From assembly GCF_004010195.1 (NCBI RefSeq), contig NC_057755.1, forward strand, positions 9,153,306 to 9,217,305: a DNA stretch of 64,000 nt. The letters are read 5' to 3'. The stretch is from Chiloscyllium plagiosum. Its lineage: Eukaryota. The notes below the pieces were generated by a model, which did not search any database, was not told the DNA's origin, and saw nothing but the letters and a program-made list of their open reading frames with translations. The translations under genes and the position numbers were made by a program. Below, piece after piece: positions 61,801 to 64,000 of this stretch. Position 1 is the stretch's first letter. Every line of letters starts with the position of its first letter.

Positions 61801-63114
61801 TGTAATTTCATTTTGATTCCAGTGAAGATTCTGAAGCATTATGGTCACTCCAGGCAGAATGGTGTAAACTCGAACATTTTCTCACAGAGGTTATTCATAT
61901 ATGGAATGAGTTGCCCAAGAAAGTGGTAGAGACTGGTGCAAAAGGCATCTGGATGGGTGTAGAGGGATGTGGACTGAGTGTAAGCAAATGATTAGATGAT
62001 TAATTTAGGATATCTGGTCGACATGAAAGCGTTGGACTGGAGGGCTTGTTTCCATGCTGGACGTCTGCGTGACTTCGAGTCCAGTCAACCAGACAAAGGA
62101 CATAATGAGTGACCAAGGAAACTTCACTCTGGAAAAGATCACATTACTATTGGAATAACTTTTTACTTTGAAAAGAAGAAGCAGTATGCGGTTTGCATTG
62201 CTTTACACGTTAGTAATGCTGACTGTGGGTGGAAGACAAAATGACCCTTAAAGTAACAATTAGAAGTAAACTTGAAATGGATAACACCACAGCTTAAAAA
62301 TGGGATGTCTTCAACACACCTTTGTTTAATCAACGCTAGTTATATCTCCAGGTATTATTTTATAGACTTAAATATCAAAGCAATCGTGCACCAGAAAATG
62401 ATTAAAGGTCACATTAAGAAGGAAGAAATGTCAAAGAAGTATGTTAACACTAATGATGTCCTGAAGGATAACGCGAGTTTTAAACGACAAAACTCAAATA
62501 CACTTTTGAAATCATCAGGCAAGTTGTTTCAGTCGAGTGGCGTGCATCATTTACAGATGGAGAAATATGCGCTTTCATTTCACTTTCCATCAGTAAGCAG
62601 TGCATATTGTCGACTGAATGATCAATGAATTTTCAGTTTTGTAATTTTCAGTTTTTCAGTTTTAATTCAGCAAAATTGAATTAAGTGCTTGCTTTGAAAA
62701 GGAGAGGCAGGACACAGCTTTAAATTTTGCTGAACGTATGAGGGAAGGAACTGATTCATAAGACAGCAATCTAAACCAAAGTGTATGTGGTTAAAAGAAT
62801 AGATTTGAAACAGGATATTTTCACCCAGACATTTCTTAAAAACGGCACTGATTATACATCATAAATATTTCTTTACCCACTGACGGATACAAGCAACTGT
62901 TCACCACAAAACAATGGTGATTAATACGAAGTAGTGAGAATCAGAACAAAAACACGTTAGGAGGATTACAGACCTAAGGAGAGGAGGATGGTTGAAATAG
63001 TATAACAGTCTGAATTTTTTTTTAATCATAGGAGAAAGATGTTAGATGATTACATTGATTTATCTATTATGAACAGAAAGAGAAACATGTGATTTGATTC
63101 AGTTCCCTTTCGTA

Positions 63115-63480
63115 GCAGTGGATATTGCCTAAAAGATGCACGCCAAAGTTCACCAAGGCTCCTTCATCAGCACTTTCAAAACTGACAACTGCTTCTGTCT
63201 ATAAGGACAAGGACAGCAGATACTGGGGAACACTGTCATCTTCAAGTTCCCTACCGAGCAACTCACAATCCTAACTTGCAAATACGTCATTGTTATTTCG
63301 CTGTTCCAGGTAAAAATCCTGGAATTCCCTCTCTAAGGGCAGTGCAGGTGTACCTACAAACCATGGACTGCAGCAGTTCGAAAAGGCAGCTCACAACCAC
63401 CTCCTCAAGGGGCAACTAGAGATGGGCAATGCATGTTGGTGCAGCCAGTGCGGCAGATGTCCGCCAAGTGATTAATATGC
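63115..63480 (+). mobile_element. 3' end of an old CR1/L2-clade LINE
   Basis: Decayed KMH..SPRLL.QH...RTR.ADT...KSWNSL...HGLQQFEKAAHNHLLKGQ. Related piece at ~54230-54425. Confidence 0.7.
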
Positions 63481-63850
63481 AGAATAATTTTGTTTGTCTG
63501 ATCTTCTGAAAGTAAAGCAAACTGAAAATGGAGAGGTACAAGTCTCATTGATCGAAACATGCATTTCAGCATTAGTGATACGAAATATAGAGAAAGGAAC
63601 ACAGTTAAGCCTGATTCTGGTTCGTACTCAGGAATTGGATTTGAAATATATTGAATTTGTCTACGGATTTCCTGATACCAGTTCTGAAGTGACCAAATGA
63701 ATTAAGAAAATAAACAGAACATTGGATGATATACGTGTTTGAAATAAGTTGTCTTACATTCCATGATAAATTGCGTGCAGAAACAGTCCATTTTTTCTTT
63801 TATTTAATGATGAAATTCCAGGCAAATGTCTGAAGCAATATGTTCTGAAG

Positions 63851-63864
63851 CCACCAGAGGGCAG
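63851..63864 (+). promoter_or_regulatory. Candidate CTCF-binding site
   Basis: CCACCAGAGGGCAG closely matches the vertebrate CTCF core CCASYAGRKGGCRS. Motif match only. Confidence 0.4.
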
Positions 63865-64000
63865 ACCTATGTGAGCTTGACACAGATCAGTCAACCAAAC
63901 TTACTTCATGAGGAAGGAGGCTTCTGGCAGAGATCATAGTAACACAGGACTAATTATTGCTTTGTAAAAAAAGTACACGGTTACTACAATTTTATATTTT

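Overview
Eukaryotic, AT-rich, repeat-dense DNA. The repeat families (tRNA-derived V-SINE/HE1-type SINEs, many CR1 LINEs, Penelope-like elements with hammerhead motifs, Gypsy LTR relics) point to a cartilaginous fish, probably a shark; this is an inference. The first ~47 kb is a tandem birth-and-death cluster of class A GPCRs related to GPR139/GPR142, with six copies. One is a complete two-exon gene (27685-27754 + 28854-29764, 326 aa) whose first exon is missing from the ORF track. One is open but cut by the window edge (1-568). Four are pseudogenes, one of them inverted. The cluster was built by multi-kb segmental duplications that also copied a GATGACGTG-N3-TTAAATA promoter module four times. 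Other notable items: ~200-bp palindromic Penelope-derived inserts with target-site duplications, one with a hammerhead ribozyme core at its fold point; a MULE-like MITE with a 9-bp TSD; a solo LTR with U3 repeats; stacked LINE/SINE insertions; a possible decayed kinase; and a CTCF-like site near the right end. All alignments were done by eye, so repeat boundaries are approximate.
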